Both the position numbers and the translations under genes were made by a program. The notes under the pieces are model-generated. The model did no database searches. It was not told the origin of the DNA and was given only the letters and a program-made list of their open reading frames with translations. Below are positions 1 through 12,142 of a stretch of 64,000 nt of DNA, piece by piece (positions within the stretch are counted from its first letter, which is position 1; each line of letters opens with the position of its first letter). The stretch spans positions 2,356,001 through 2,420,000 of the forward strand of contig NC_089429.1 in the NCBI RefSeq assembly GCF_026210795.1, in the 5' to 3' direction. Source of the stretch: Rhizophagus irregularis. Its lineage: Eukaryota.

Positions 1-479
1 TTTGCAATAATCTGCGATTTTGCAGATTTCTGCTTTTTTTTATGTGAATTTATGCAAAAGTCTGCGATTTTGCAGATTTCTACTTTTCTTTTTATGTAAA
101 TTTTTGCAGAAGTCTGCGATTTTGCAGATTTTCACTTTTATTTTTCATTGAAATATCAGTTCAATCTGCAATTTTATCATTTTGATTAACTCTAACTGTC
201 ATGTGAGATGATCAGTCACTAGCTGAATTTAGACATTATTTAAACTATTTGATAAAGTTCAAAACTTAATCTTTTTCTCTTAAAAAGTTTCGAAGCTAAC
301 TAAAAAGACGAAATTTTTTTAAAAAAAAACTAACTTTTGTAGGGACTCCAGCCCTACAAAGTTTCTGAAAATTTCGAAGTACAGGACAAACGTAAATAGT
401 AATTTCGTCCAACTTTGAAGTTTATTTTAAAATTTCGAAGGTAAGATCAAAATTTTACTTTTTATTTTTACTTTCAGTT

Positions 480-1495
480 CTAAACGAAACGTTTCTAAAC
501 GTTTCAAAAATTTATTTTTTTAATTTAATTGTTTTATCAAAACATTTGTTAATGTTTCAAAATTTTTATTTTTTATTTTATTTTTAACAAAACGTTTTTT
601 AACATTTCGAAATTTTTTTATCTTAAAATTTCTAAACGAACCGTTACTAAATATTTTGATTTTTTTTTTAACTTTTAAATGGAACGTTTTTAACATTTCT
701 TTTTTTTTTATTTTAATTATTTTTATCAAAACGTTTTTTAATGTTTCAATTTTTTATTTAACGAAACATTTTTTAACGTTTTAAAATTTTATTTTAAAAA
801 AATTTTATCAGAACGTTTATTAACATTCTGATTTTTTATTTACTTTCTAAACAAAACGTTTTTAAACATTTCAATTTTTAAACTTTAAACAGAACAGTTT
901 TTTAACATTCCATTTTTTTTATTTTAATTATTTTTATCGAAACATTCTTTAATGTTTCAATTTTTTATCTTTAAATTTTTTAACAAAACATTTTTTAACG
1001 TTTTGAAATTTATTTTAAAAAAATTTATCAGAATGTTTGTTAATATTCCGATTTTTTATTTACTTTTCAAACGAAACGTTTTTAAACGTTTTGATTTTTA
1101 AACTTTTAAACAGAACGTTTTTTTACGTTCCATTTTTTTATTTTTGATTTTTTATCAGAACGTCTGTTATCATTCTGAATTTGAATTATTCCTTAACGAA
1201 ACATTTTTTAATGTTTTGAAATTTTACTTTAAAAAAAGGAACGTTAAAGAACATTCCGATTTTTTGATCTTTTTTTATTAAAACGTTAAAAAATGTTTCG
1301 ATTTTATTTTTGATTTTTAAACAAAAAGTTTTTAATGTTTTGAAATTTTTTTAATTTTTTTTCATATCGAAATGTTTATTAACGTTTCGATTCATTTTTT
1401 TATTAACGAAATGGTTTTTAACGTTTTGATTTCTTTCTTATTCTTTTATCGGAACGTTTATTAACATTCCGATTTTTTTTTCAAATTTTTTTGTA
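480..1495. repeat. Degenerate tandem array of ~35-40 bp units with an AACGTT-N(3-6)-AACGTT hairpin core
   Basis: Recurrent units such as aacgaaacgtttctaaacgtttc and gaacgtttattaacattc are separated by T-tracts. There is a higher-order duplication of about 220 bp (about 772-960 vs 993-1150). Confidence 0.8.
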
Positions 1496-1513
1496 AGGTT
1501 CTGGCGATTTCTA

Positions 1514-3858
1514 CAGTCAAAGTTCTCTATAACGAATTTCTGTATTCCGAATTTTACGCCATTGCGAATCACATGAGTGGTACCAATTTTTTATTAAATA
1601 AAATAATTAAAAATAACGAATTTTTATAGTAAATCCTACCATTGCGTATAACGAAAATGAAGATCCGTACAATTATTAATAAAATGAATCTTTAATTAAC
1701 AAATTTATTTTATAATGAATTTTTATAATGACTGTAACGAATTTTTTTTTAACGAATTTCACGTTAAAATGTAAGGGATATAACGAAATTTCCATTAATA
1801 GAAAGTTTCACGTTATAAATTAAACAATCGTGTGAATTTTTTTTTGATAATTGATCATTTTATTTCAGATGCCTCAAGAAAAAAGACAAAAAACTTCTAA
1901 AGGTAAAGAGAAAGCTTCTTATATAAAACGAACCAGAGCCTCTCTTACAGGTGCTCAAAAACAAGAAGTTTGTCTAAAAAAGTTGCAGAAACTAACACCT
2001 AAAAATAAAGAACTTGCTAAAGAATATGATGTTTCACAAGGAATGATATCCGATATTTTAAAAGAAAGTGAAAAATGGTTGGCTTTAAAATTGGATTCTT
2101 ATGAAGCTTCACTTAAAAAACAAGTCAAACCAAATTTTCCACAAGTTGATGAAGCTTTGGGCTTTTGGGTTGAAAAAGCCATTGATAATAATATTACTAT
2201 TAGTGGCGAATTATTGGCACAAAAAGCATGTGATTTTGCAACATTACTTGATGTACAAGACTTTAAAGGATCTGATGGATGGGTAGCAGGTTTTAAAAAA
2301 CGCCACAATCTTGAATCTTATGTAAAACATGGAGAAGCAGCAAGCGCTCCTTCAGAAGAAGATTTGAATGAGATGCGTAAAAATCTTCAAAATATTCTTA
2401 AAGAATATTCACCTGATGATATTTTCAACATTGATGAAACTGAACTTTATTGGAAAATGGAGCCAAATCGAACTTTATCAACTGGTCCAGGTAAATTAAA
2501 TATTGATTAGTATAAAATTAATATAAAAAATCATATATAAACTAAAATAATACTTATCTTACAATAGTTGTGGGTAAAAAACTATCTAAGGAATGGGTTA
2601 CTATTGCATTATGTTGTAATGCTTCAGGAACTGAAAAAGTAAAACCAGTTTTTATTGGGAAAAGCCAAAATCCACGCGCCTTAAAAAATGTTCCAAAGTC
2701 GTCACTACCAGTACAATATTATTGGAATAAAACAGCTTATATGCAAGTTAGTATCTGGAACGATTGGTTAAAGCTCTTTGATTCACGCCTAAGACTCCAA
2801 AATAGACATATAATCTTACTTTATGATGGCGCATCCACTCATAAATTAATTGATGATGTTGAATTTTCCAATATTCGTCTTCATAAATTACCTCCTAATA
2901 CAACTTCACGCCTTCAGCCATGTGATGCTGAAATCATTTATAGTTTTAAAGTAAGTACAAAAATGTTTTATAATTGACAAAAAAAAACCAATTTATTAAT
3001 AAAATAATAAATGTAGGCACAATATCGAAAACTATTTTTGCGGAATCGTATTAAAGCATTTGATAATAGTCAAGAAAATGGACAACCCATACCTGAAATT
3101 ACAATAAAAAAAGCAATTAAATATGCAGCAAAAGCATGGGAATTAGTTCAACCAGTAACTATTACAAATGGTTGGAGAAAAACTGGCATCCTTCCACCAA
3201 GTACTGACAATGACATTGATTTTGATTTTGATGAATTTGAAGAAGTTGACCAACTACAAGATCTTATTGGCCAGCTGGCTTCTAAAATATACAGAAGCCC
3301 AATTTCTGCTGAAGAATATTTAGAGTATGAAAAGGATGAAACAAATCACCAGATGATGACTGATAAAGAAATTATAAAAATGATAACAGAGCCAGAAGAA
3401 CCAAATGATGTTGAGGGGCCAGAAATTCCAATTATCAGTAACTATAAGGCGCTAGCGGCACTCAATCAAATAATCACATATATGGAACAAAAATCTGATA
3501 AAATGGAATTTTCAAATGATCATATTCGAACCATAAAAAAATTGCATAAAGTAATAGAGCGGGAAGAATTCCATTCTAAACAGCAAGTTACTTTGGATTC
3601 GTGTTTTAGTATAAATAAAGAATAGCGTGATAGTTTATTATAATGAAGTAATAAAGTTCGTGCCAAATTTACCATTTAAAAAATTGATTACTAACTAACT
3701 TTCCGAATATATTCAATATACCGAATTTGGATATGATTTTCGGTATTGCTTATCATAGCGAATAAATGTTTAAAATTCGGTACAATTATTACCAAAATTT
3801 TCACCATAACGAATTATAACCTCCAGAAATCGAGATTCGTTATAGAGAACTTTGACTG
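1514..3858 (+). mobile_element. Complete pogo/Tigger-family (Tc1/mariner superfamily) DNA transposon
   Basis: Perfect 24-bp TIR CAGTCAAAGTTCTCTATAACGAAT at 1514-1537 with its reverse complement ending at 3858. TA target-site duplication at 1512-1513 and 3859-3860. The element encodes a transposase. Confidence 0.95.
1869..3625 (+). CDS. pogo/Tigger (CENP-B-like HTH + DDE_1) transposase, 3 exons, ~537 aa
   Basis: Exons 1869-2490, 2568-2950 and 3017-3625 join in frame through GT-AG introns. Motifs: FKGSDGWVAGFKKRH, FNIDETELYW, LLYDGASTH, LPPNTTSRLQPCD, AWELVQPVTITNGWRKTGI. Confidence 0.92.
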
Positions 3859-3860
3859 TA

Positions 3861-5907
3861 GACGAATTTCAAAGGTAAAAAAAAACTTCAAAATTCTTTA
3901 TATATATATTTTTTGTTGCTTTTAATTTACGAAATGTTTACTAATGTTTCAGCTGTCTTTTTGTAGGGTTTTTGTTCTCCAGATCCTGGACGAAAGAATT
4001 TGAAGGTAAACCTTCAAAAATCTTTATATTTTTGTGGGTTTTTTCTTTAACAAACGTTCTACTAACATTCGCTATTCTTTTATTTTTAGGTCCCATCTCC
4101 CATTTGAAAGAACTTCGAAGGTAATAACACTTCGAAGTTCTTTATATTTAATTTTCTTTAATGAACGTTATACTAACATTCATTTTCTTCTATTTTTAGG
4201 TTCTGGACTTCCATTTGGAGAACTTGGAAGAACTTCAAAGGTAATAGCACTTCGAAGTTCTTTATTTTTATTTTTCTTTAACGAACGTTTTACTAACGTT
4301 TCGTTATTTTATTTTTTTTAGGTCCAGAATGCCAAAGGTATGTTCTGGACCCATTTGAAGGTAAAACCTTTGAAATTATTTTTTTTTTAATTAATTTATT
4401 GACAAACGTTAACTAACGTTTATATTTCATTTTTTTTAGGTAAAGGAAGTCGAAAACTAGTTCCAGACTTCCATATTAAAGGTAAAATCTTCGAAATTTT
4501 TTATTTTTTTAATAATAATTTGACGAACGTTAATTAACGTTCGTACTTCTTTTTTTTTAGGTAAAGGAAGCCGAAAGACTTCAAATTTTTTTTTTTGGAT
4601 ACTAAGTGAAGGTAAGTTTCGTAATGAATTTTCGTTACAAAACTTTAATTTTTTTTCATTTTTTTTTAAGAAACATTGACTAATGTTTCTTATTTATTTT
4701 TGTAGATTCTGATACTCAAATCCGAAACTAAATGGTAAGTTTCATAACAAATTTTTCGTTACGAAACTTATGTTTTTTTTTATTTATAAAAAAACATTCG
4801 TTTCTAACATTCTTTATTCTTTTTTGTAGTTTCAGTACTCCAAAGATTCCCAAAACAAAAATGGTAAGTTTCGCAACGTCTCGTTGTGAAATTTTATATA
4901 TATATTTTTTATTTTATAAAGGTTAAAGAATGTTTTTCTAATGTTCTTTTATTCTTTTTTTTTAGGTTTTCAGCTCGTCTAGATTTCAACATAGTAAGTT
5001 TCGTAACGAACTTTTTGTTATGAACTAATATTTTTTTATTTTATTTAAAAGAAACATTACTAACATTTTGGTTTTCTTTTTTTTTGTAAATTTTTGGCTT
5101 TCTGGACGCCTCTTAGACAGAATTTCGAAGGTAAACTTCGAAATTCTGTTTATTTTTTATTATTTTTTTTTTATCTAGTGAAACGTTTATTAACGTTTTG
5201 GCTTCTCTTTTGTAGTCTTCCAGACAGAATTTTGAAGGTAAACTTTGAAATTCTATTTTTTTTGTTTTAGTTTAGCGAAACATTATTAATGTTTCGTCTT
5301 TCTCTTTTTTTTAGGGTTTCATCTCTCCTGTTTCTGTCTGGACGGAATTTCAAAGGTAAAACTTCAAAATTTAAAATTTTTATTTTATTTAACGAACGTT
5401 TACTGATGTTCGTTCTTATTTATTGTAGGTCCAGAACACCGAAAATACTCTGGACATTATTTCAAAGGTATAATCTTTGAAAGTTTTTAATTTTTTTAGT
5501 GAAATGTTAACTAACGTTTCATTTGTATTTTTTTTATAGGTTTTGTAGGCCCATGGCTTTTCAGACGCGAATTTCAAAGGTAAACTTTGAAATTCTTTAA
5601 TTTTTTTAATTTAATGAATGTTATCTAACGTTCATTTTTATATTTTGTAGGTCCAGAACACTGAAGTATAGCTCCGGACTCATTTTTGAAGGTAAAACCT
5701 TCAAAAGTTTATTTTTTTAATAAATTATTTGATGAACGTTAACTAACGTTCAATTTTTTAGGTCTATGACATTAGACAGGTTTCTGAACAAAATTTCAAA
5801 GTAATCTTCAAGGTAATTACTTTGAAATTCTTCTTTTACTTTTTTTTCAACAAACTTTACGAACTGAACTTTATACTAATGTTCATTTTTCCTTTATTTT
5901 TGTATAG
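3861..5907 (+). repeat. Tandem array of 17 spliceosomal-intron-like repeats (70-102 nt) alternating with 22-51 nt micro-exon-like spacers
   Basis: GTAA/GTAT donors at 3875, 4006, 4121, 4241, 4361, 4482, 4612, 4735, 4864, 4994, 5131, 5238, 5356, 5468, 5580, 5692 and 5813. Each is followed by a (C/T)TRAY branch motif, a T-rich tract and TAG; one acceptor is TAA at ~5089. Confidence 0.85.
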
Positions 5908-8286
5908 ATTTTTTTTCCATTTTGCTAATTGTTTGTTGGAATCGAACCAACTGGAACAATGTTCCAAACTATTAACAACATGTGAATGTGCAGTAAAGAG
6001 ATGATGGATAGCAATGACTTATAATAGATTTCAATTGTATTTGTAAACTTGTTAATATATAATAAAAAAGTAATTTTGATTATATTAATAAATTAGTAAT
6101 TAATGCAATAAATTAATTTGTATTATTGTGATGCAGATTTTTACTGAAAAAAATTGCTGAGGTATTTCGAAGGTTTTTTATTTAAAAATCTGCGCAGAAC
6201 TTTGTTATTTATAAAATCTGCGCAGTTTTTTATTGGATTTTTTTTCTAATGTTTTGCGCTAAGGTATAAGATCTGCGCAGATATAATTTCTGAAAATCTG
6301 CGCAGATCTGCTCTCCAAAAAATTTCCTGATGATCGTAATACTACTTTAATCATATCAAGATCTAAAATAAAACCTAAAAGAATCTCTTCTATACTGGTA
6401 TTCATACTTTTCTATTTATATTGTTATAACATCACCTCATAAATAAATCTTCTGATTATCAAAATCAATCAAAAAATTAAGTTTCACAAATGTTTCTTTT
6501 ACAAAGATTCAATCTATTATTTGTGTATTTAGAAGCTAATTTATAAACTTTAACAACAAATATTAGAGTGAAAAGTTAACTTTAAAAAGTCCAATTTTTT
6601 CATGAGTTTATTTATCCTTATATAAAAGCAACTAAATGTTCTAGTGCTTAAACTTTTTTACTCCTTCAATATTGAAGTTAAACCCATTTTAAGACAAAAT
6701 GATACTTTCATTTTTTCATTTTAATGAGTTTCAATAATTCAGATCCCTAGATGTCTTATAATTTATGTAACAACTATTTCTCTAGTGTCAGGATTTTGGA
6801 GCATTAGGATTAATTTTCCATTATTAAACTTAAACGAATGTAAAATAGAAAAATTATCGCATAATTAACTTGTCCATAGCTTTTCTTACATTGCTTCCTA
6901 TTCTAATCTTATACTAATTATTTGTGACACCTCCTGCAATATAAAATATGCAATGCTTAAAGTGCTTATCAAAACCTTTAACTTCATAGAATTGGAGAAA
7001 TCATATTATTGGAGTCAATACTATATCTCATCCTTCAAGTTGCATTAGGAGAAAATAACTTTAACTTTTTCTCTTTATATTCCTCTGCAAGAATTAATGC
7101 AGAACCAACCTATAGTCAATACTACAAAACTTTTCTTGAAAAAGGATGGTTATCAACCTCTTCTTTTTTTTAAAATTTTAAAACCCTTCTCAAAAAATTA
7201 ATAAGTTCTTTCATTTTATATTTTTTAGCTTCTTTTACCAGTATGATCAATTTATTTCCAGTAATAAAATCAAAATAAAAAATTAATTTCAGATATAATA
7301 TTTTTATCTAGGTTAGTTCAATTCAGATAAAAATGCATATAATCCTAAACTGAGAATCATTAGATTAAAGAATTGGTTTTAACTATTATTACATAAGTAT
7401 AATATGCATTAAAAACTACTGATCTGAACTGTTTGACTTTTCAAATTACTTAAAATATGGATTTGTTCAGCTACTAATGATAGAAAATATTTGTAAATAA
7501 GATGCTCAAATAATATTAAGTAACAGTTTTTCACAACATAATTACCACATATGTAATTAGTGCTCATATAATTAGATGCAATTTATAGACAGAGTATAGT
7601 ACTTGTTTGATACTACATTTGTCTCATGTGATGATGCAGGATAACCTACAATTAAAGATAGGTTCTCAATTGATTTCCAAAATCTGCAATATTGCAGTTT
7701 TAGAAATCAATTGCGCTTAGTAATCTGCAAATCTGCAAATAATCTAAATAACTGCAAATAATCCAAATAATCTGCAAACCCGCAAATAATTCACAAATCC
7801 GCAAATAATCTGCAAACTCGCAAATAATTTATAGTACCGCAAATAATCTGCAAATCTGTATAGTATCACAAATAATTCGCAAATAATTCACAAATCCATA
7901 TAGTATCACAAATAATCTGCAAATAATCTGCAAATCTGCAAATAATTTACATTATCGCAAATTTGCGAATAAGTGGACAAAATTGTCCACTTTTTAGTAT
8001 ATAAATAAATTTGATTCATGAGTTTACAAAATGGACAAAATTGTCCACTTTTTAGTATATAAATAAATTTGATTCATGAGTTTACAAAATAGACAAAATT
8101 GTCTACTTTTTAATATATAAATAAATTTGGTTATATTTAAGTGTGAAAATTAAATTAACATGATTCAAAATGGACAAAATTGTCCACTTTTTATTATTTA
8201 TCGAGTAGAAGATCATCATTATTTTTATTGTTTATATTTTATTAGTAATTACAAAATAAAATTGTTTTTATTACAATTTAGTATTA

Positions 8287-10663
8287 CTAAACAATCTCTT
8301 CTGGATTCCAGTCATTGTCATTTTCACTATCATATTTATTATTAAACATGAATGGAATCTCAGAAGATTCAATATACACCTACGGTCCTAAATCTATCAC
8401 TTGTTCGATATTTAACATCTCGTCAACACTTTCTTTTTGTATATTGGATGGCTCTTCATATTCCTCCTCTTCATCTTCATTCTCATTTAATATGTCTTCC
8501 TCTTCAAATAAATTATCTATCATTTTTTAAATATCATCATTTGATATGCTATTTCCAATGTGATTCAAGGATCTTTTACTATTTGAAAGTGAATGAATAT
8601 TATGAGTATAAATTTTGGACATACATTCGATGATTTGCACATTTAAATTTGTTCTCCTTTTACCAAACATCTATCCAAAGGCCGAAAAAAGGCATTCACA
8701 GCTGGCTGAATGTGGTGTTATTGAAAAAACAATTTTTGCAAAACAAGATAATGAGCTGCGCCCATCAATTATTAAGTTCTACCACTAAAAAGGCCCATCA
8801 TTATTTGAATATAGTGCGCTATAAGGGTTATCTTGGTCCAAATACTTGCGAAACTGTGCCTTAAGTTCTAAACCAGAAGTTTTCTTATAACCCAAATTCT
8901 TCCAAATATTAAGCGCAGTTTTTTGGATACATTCAAATTGAGTATTGTGGATACCCGCTCCTACAATATTTATAAAGAATAAATTATTTATTTTATTTAA
9001 TTATATTTTCTTATATTAGTAATACCTTTATATTGCGAATGGAAAAAGAAAGCCAATAAGTAAATATCTTCGTCAAATTCTTTGTATCTATTAAAGAAAT
9101 TTGATTACTTACTTCAGTTATTTGGTTTTTTATTAAACTAAAATTATTTTGAATATTACCTCTCATTGAAGGCTTTAATACAAGAATTCTTTAATGAGCG
9201 GTAATCATTCATTGGCATTTGTTTAAAAAAGATTGCAATTCTAAGGATATAAAGGTAACAATCTGCCAATGTAGTATACGTTCTTTCAAGCATAAGAATT
9301 GCCTCTTTTATCAGTTTAAGAATATCTAATATTACGCAAATATCGTCAAAAACCCTCATTTTTTCAAAATAGTTTTAATAGTTTGATTTGAAATTTTATA
9401 TTTGCGATTTTTCAGAACCTAATTTAAATAAAATTAAATTTTTTTTTTTAAAAAAAAATAATTCATCTTATTAATATATGTGCTGTAAAGCATCTTTTAA
9501 TCTCCATACAGAATGTACACATTTATAGACAGTCATCCATCTTGTTTTTACGTAAGTCTTCAGCCCTCCGCCTTCAATATTTTTACTTTTGATTGCTTCA
9601 TTGAGCCATAATGATCCAAGGGTAGAATTTTTAAAATATTTTGTGAGAATGTTTACACATCTCACTATATATTTAACTTCATCTATTTTTACAATAGACG
9701 TGCTTATCAGATTTACGCAATATATGATACATCGCATATTAATAATATTTGGGTAATTGTTGGTAATTATCTTACGTGCTGCTGCAACATTCGAGCCATT
9801 ATCTGACACAATAGCAACAAACTTTTTGGCTTCCACTTTATTGATAACTTCCTCAATAACGTTAGATAAATGCTTTCCTGTATGGCGAATATTTGAAAGA
9901 TCCTCAAAACTTAAAAGATATTCTTTCCTTGACCAGTCATTAACATGAATACTTAAAGGCTATTCCCGTGTAGATCGGTTCAACCATCCATCACTAATGA
10001 ACATAAATACATATCAAAACTATCAATATTTTACAAAAATTTCTTCATTTTAATTTAAATTAAAAAAATCTTACCAATAGTAAAGTTATTGTCAGCACTT
10101 AATTCATTCATAATGCGTATATTTACACGAGATATTTCAGATTCTAATAATGTACCACTCAAAACTTGCCTTAAGGGAGGATCATATCCTGGTTGTAAAG
10201 TTTTGATCAAATTGATAAACCAAGGATTTTCAATTATACTAAAAAAAAATATTGCATATCACGAAAGCTTTCGTTATTGACCAATTTATTTCATCATAAT
10301 AACCTTTTTCTAATTCTTTATTCTTGTAAAAAGATCAGATAGATGTTTGGCCATCATTGAGCCTTTGTTTTTAGTTGTTAATTTTAAGTCACTTTCATTT
10401 TCTTCTTCGTTTTCTGCTATTTCATTACCTACAATTTTTGCAAACTGTAATGATACTTCTTGCAGACATTTTCGGTAATGATTTGCTAAGTGCTCACATA
10501 AACGTAAAATTTTCCGTCCTTTCAATAAAAGTTACAATAGCTACATATCGCAGCATAGTGCCCTTTTGTCCTCTGTACTCCTTTTATCATATGTCCATTC
10601 CACACTTCCGTAAAATGATGTCCTTTTCTTGGATTTTCTGAAGGTTCTATCTGAACTTGTCAT
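8287..10663 (-). pseudogene. hAT transposase pseudogene (BED finger, RNase H-like core, C-terminal dimerisation domain)
   Basis: Fragments EVWNGHM..HYAAICSYCN (BED finger), FVAIVSDNGSNVAAAR, GGLKTYVKTRW and PHSASCE..FS..G*MFGKRRTNL, with multiple stops and frameshifts. Confidence 0.88.
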
Positions 10664-10813
10664 TTTATCAAAGAAAAATTAGGAACCTAAAATATTAAAA
10701 ATAAACAACTAACGAAAAATAAAATGATGAAAATAAGCATGAAATATTTCGTCAACAACAATTTGGTTTTAAATTTAGGAGTATTCAGGGATGTTGAGTC
10801 ATGTACTTACATA

Positions 10814-11576
10814 TAGAGCTCTGCAATCTGACCTGACAGATCAGGTGACCTGACGGGTTGACCCAAAATATTCAGGTCAGGTCATCAAATTCATGACCTG
10901 ACACGGGTCAGGTCAGTGCTGATCGGTACTCAATCTGACCCATTGACCCGACATATACTGTATTTAGGTCAAATAAATTATATAACGCCGAAACTTATAA
11001 TGATTCCAGCATTTTTACATGTACAATTGAAAAAAATGCCAAAACTATCAGTTTTGGCGTTTTTACATGTAAAATCAAAAGAAAAACGCCAGAACTAATG
11101 ATTCTGGCACTTTTACATATAAAATTGGAAAAAAAATGCCAAAACTATCTGTTTCAGCATTTTTACATGTAAAATCAAAAAGAAAGACACCAGAACTAAT
11201 TATTCTAGCGTTTTTACATGTAAAATCGAAAAAAATGCCAAAACTATCAGTTTTGGCATTTTTACATGTAAAATCAAAAAGAAAAATACCAGAACAAATT
11301 ATTCCAGCGTTTTTACATGTAAAATCAAAAGGAAAAATGCCAAAATAAATAGTTTCAGCGTTTTATATATAAAAACAAAAAGTAAAAAACGTTACAAAAC
11401 ATTTTTTTACAATATTTAATAATAAAACTTCGGGTAACCCAAGTTATCCAAAGTGCTTTCAGGTTAAATGGGTCGGGTCAGGTCAGAACAGTTTACCTGA
11501 CCCGACCTGACCTGAAAAAAATTTCAGTTCAGGTTAACCAGGTAACCTGACCCGACCCGACCTGTGCAGAGCTCTA
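10814..11576. mobile_element. hAT-type MITE (763 bp)
   Basis: 12-bp TIR TAGAGCTCTGCA (10814-10825 / 11565-11576) and a perfect 8-bp TSD CTTACATA (10806-10813 / 11577-11584). It has GACCTGAC/GACCCGAC subterminal repeats and an internal tandem hairpin array. Confidence 0.95.
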
Positions 11577-12142
11577 CTTACATATATAGTTACATTTTGG
11601 GAATATTAATAAATTTTGGTTAACCAGAAAAAGTAAATTAAAGTATTTTCAAAAAAAAAAAAATAGATAAAGTTTAAACTTTGAAAATATGTACATTTTA
11701 TACTAAATATTATAAAGTCGATCTATTTTTTGGACAATTTTATCCACTAATTTCATAATATATCTTTTTGGACAATTTTGTCCACTTATTTATTTCAATT
11801 TGTGTATATATCAATTTTGTTCAACTTATTTTATATCCTGACTCACGTAATATATCTTTTTGGACAATTTTGTCCACTTATTTATCCCAACTTGCATAAT
11901 ATATCTTTTTATTTTTTAGAATTAAATCATTTGTTATATCTTATATGCTGCTATCCCAACTTACGTAATATATCTTTTGGATAATTTTGTCCACTTACAT
12001 AATATTAAAAAAGAATTATAAATCCCAAAATAAAACTTTTTAATTGTAATAAAAATTTTGCAATTTGCATTTCATAATCTACTGCGTATACCTAATTTTA
12101 CGTTCTGCAATTTAATCTAAATAATAAAAATAATAATCTGTA

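Larger units (their letters stand above)
1..6329. mobile_element. Putative non-autonomous TIR element (left end outside the window) carrying the intron/micro-exon array
   Basis: Subterminal-type repeats RTCTGCGATTTTGCAGATTT occur three times at 10-130, and related AAAATCTGCGCAG repeats occur at 6186-6310. The right side ends ...AAATTTCCTG at 6329 (CAGG on the minus strand). The left terminus and TSD are not visible. Confidence 0.45.
7660..12000 (-). mobile_element. Degenerate hAT-superfamily element
   Basis: GCAAATAAT subterminal repeats at 7725-7970. The palindromic TGGACAAAATTGTCCA motif recurs with a 58-bp period (7974, 8032, 8090) and in inverted orientation at ~11730-11995. These flank a hAT transposase pseudogene. 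Exact ends and TSD were not resolved. Confidence 0.65.

Noticed and set aside
520..729. Lys-rich 69-aa ORF
   Set aside because: It is the antisense translation of the T-rich tandem array.
3861..5907. CRISPR-like repeat/spacer array
   Set aside because: The context is eukaryotic, the repeats are degenerate 70-100 nt units with splice signals, the spacers resemble each other, and there are no cas genes.
4034..6004. Short ORFs 4034-4321, 4732-4926, 5289-5480 and 5822-6004 as genes
   Set aside because: They are F/L-rich read-throughs of T-rich intron-like repeats.
6400..7600. Possible decayed transposase on the minus strand (GSNVRKAM-like peptide near 6880)
   Set aside because: Only one short motif, with no supporting frame.
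10916..11348. Repetitive ORFs (AFLHVKSK)
   Set aside because: They are translations of the MITE's internal minisatellite.
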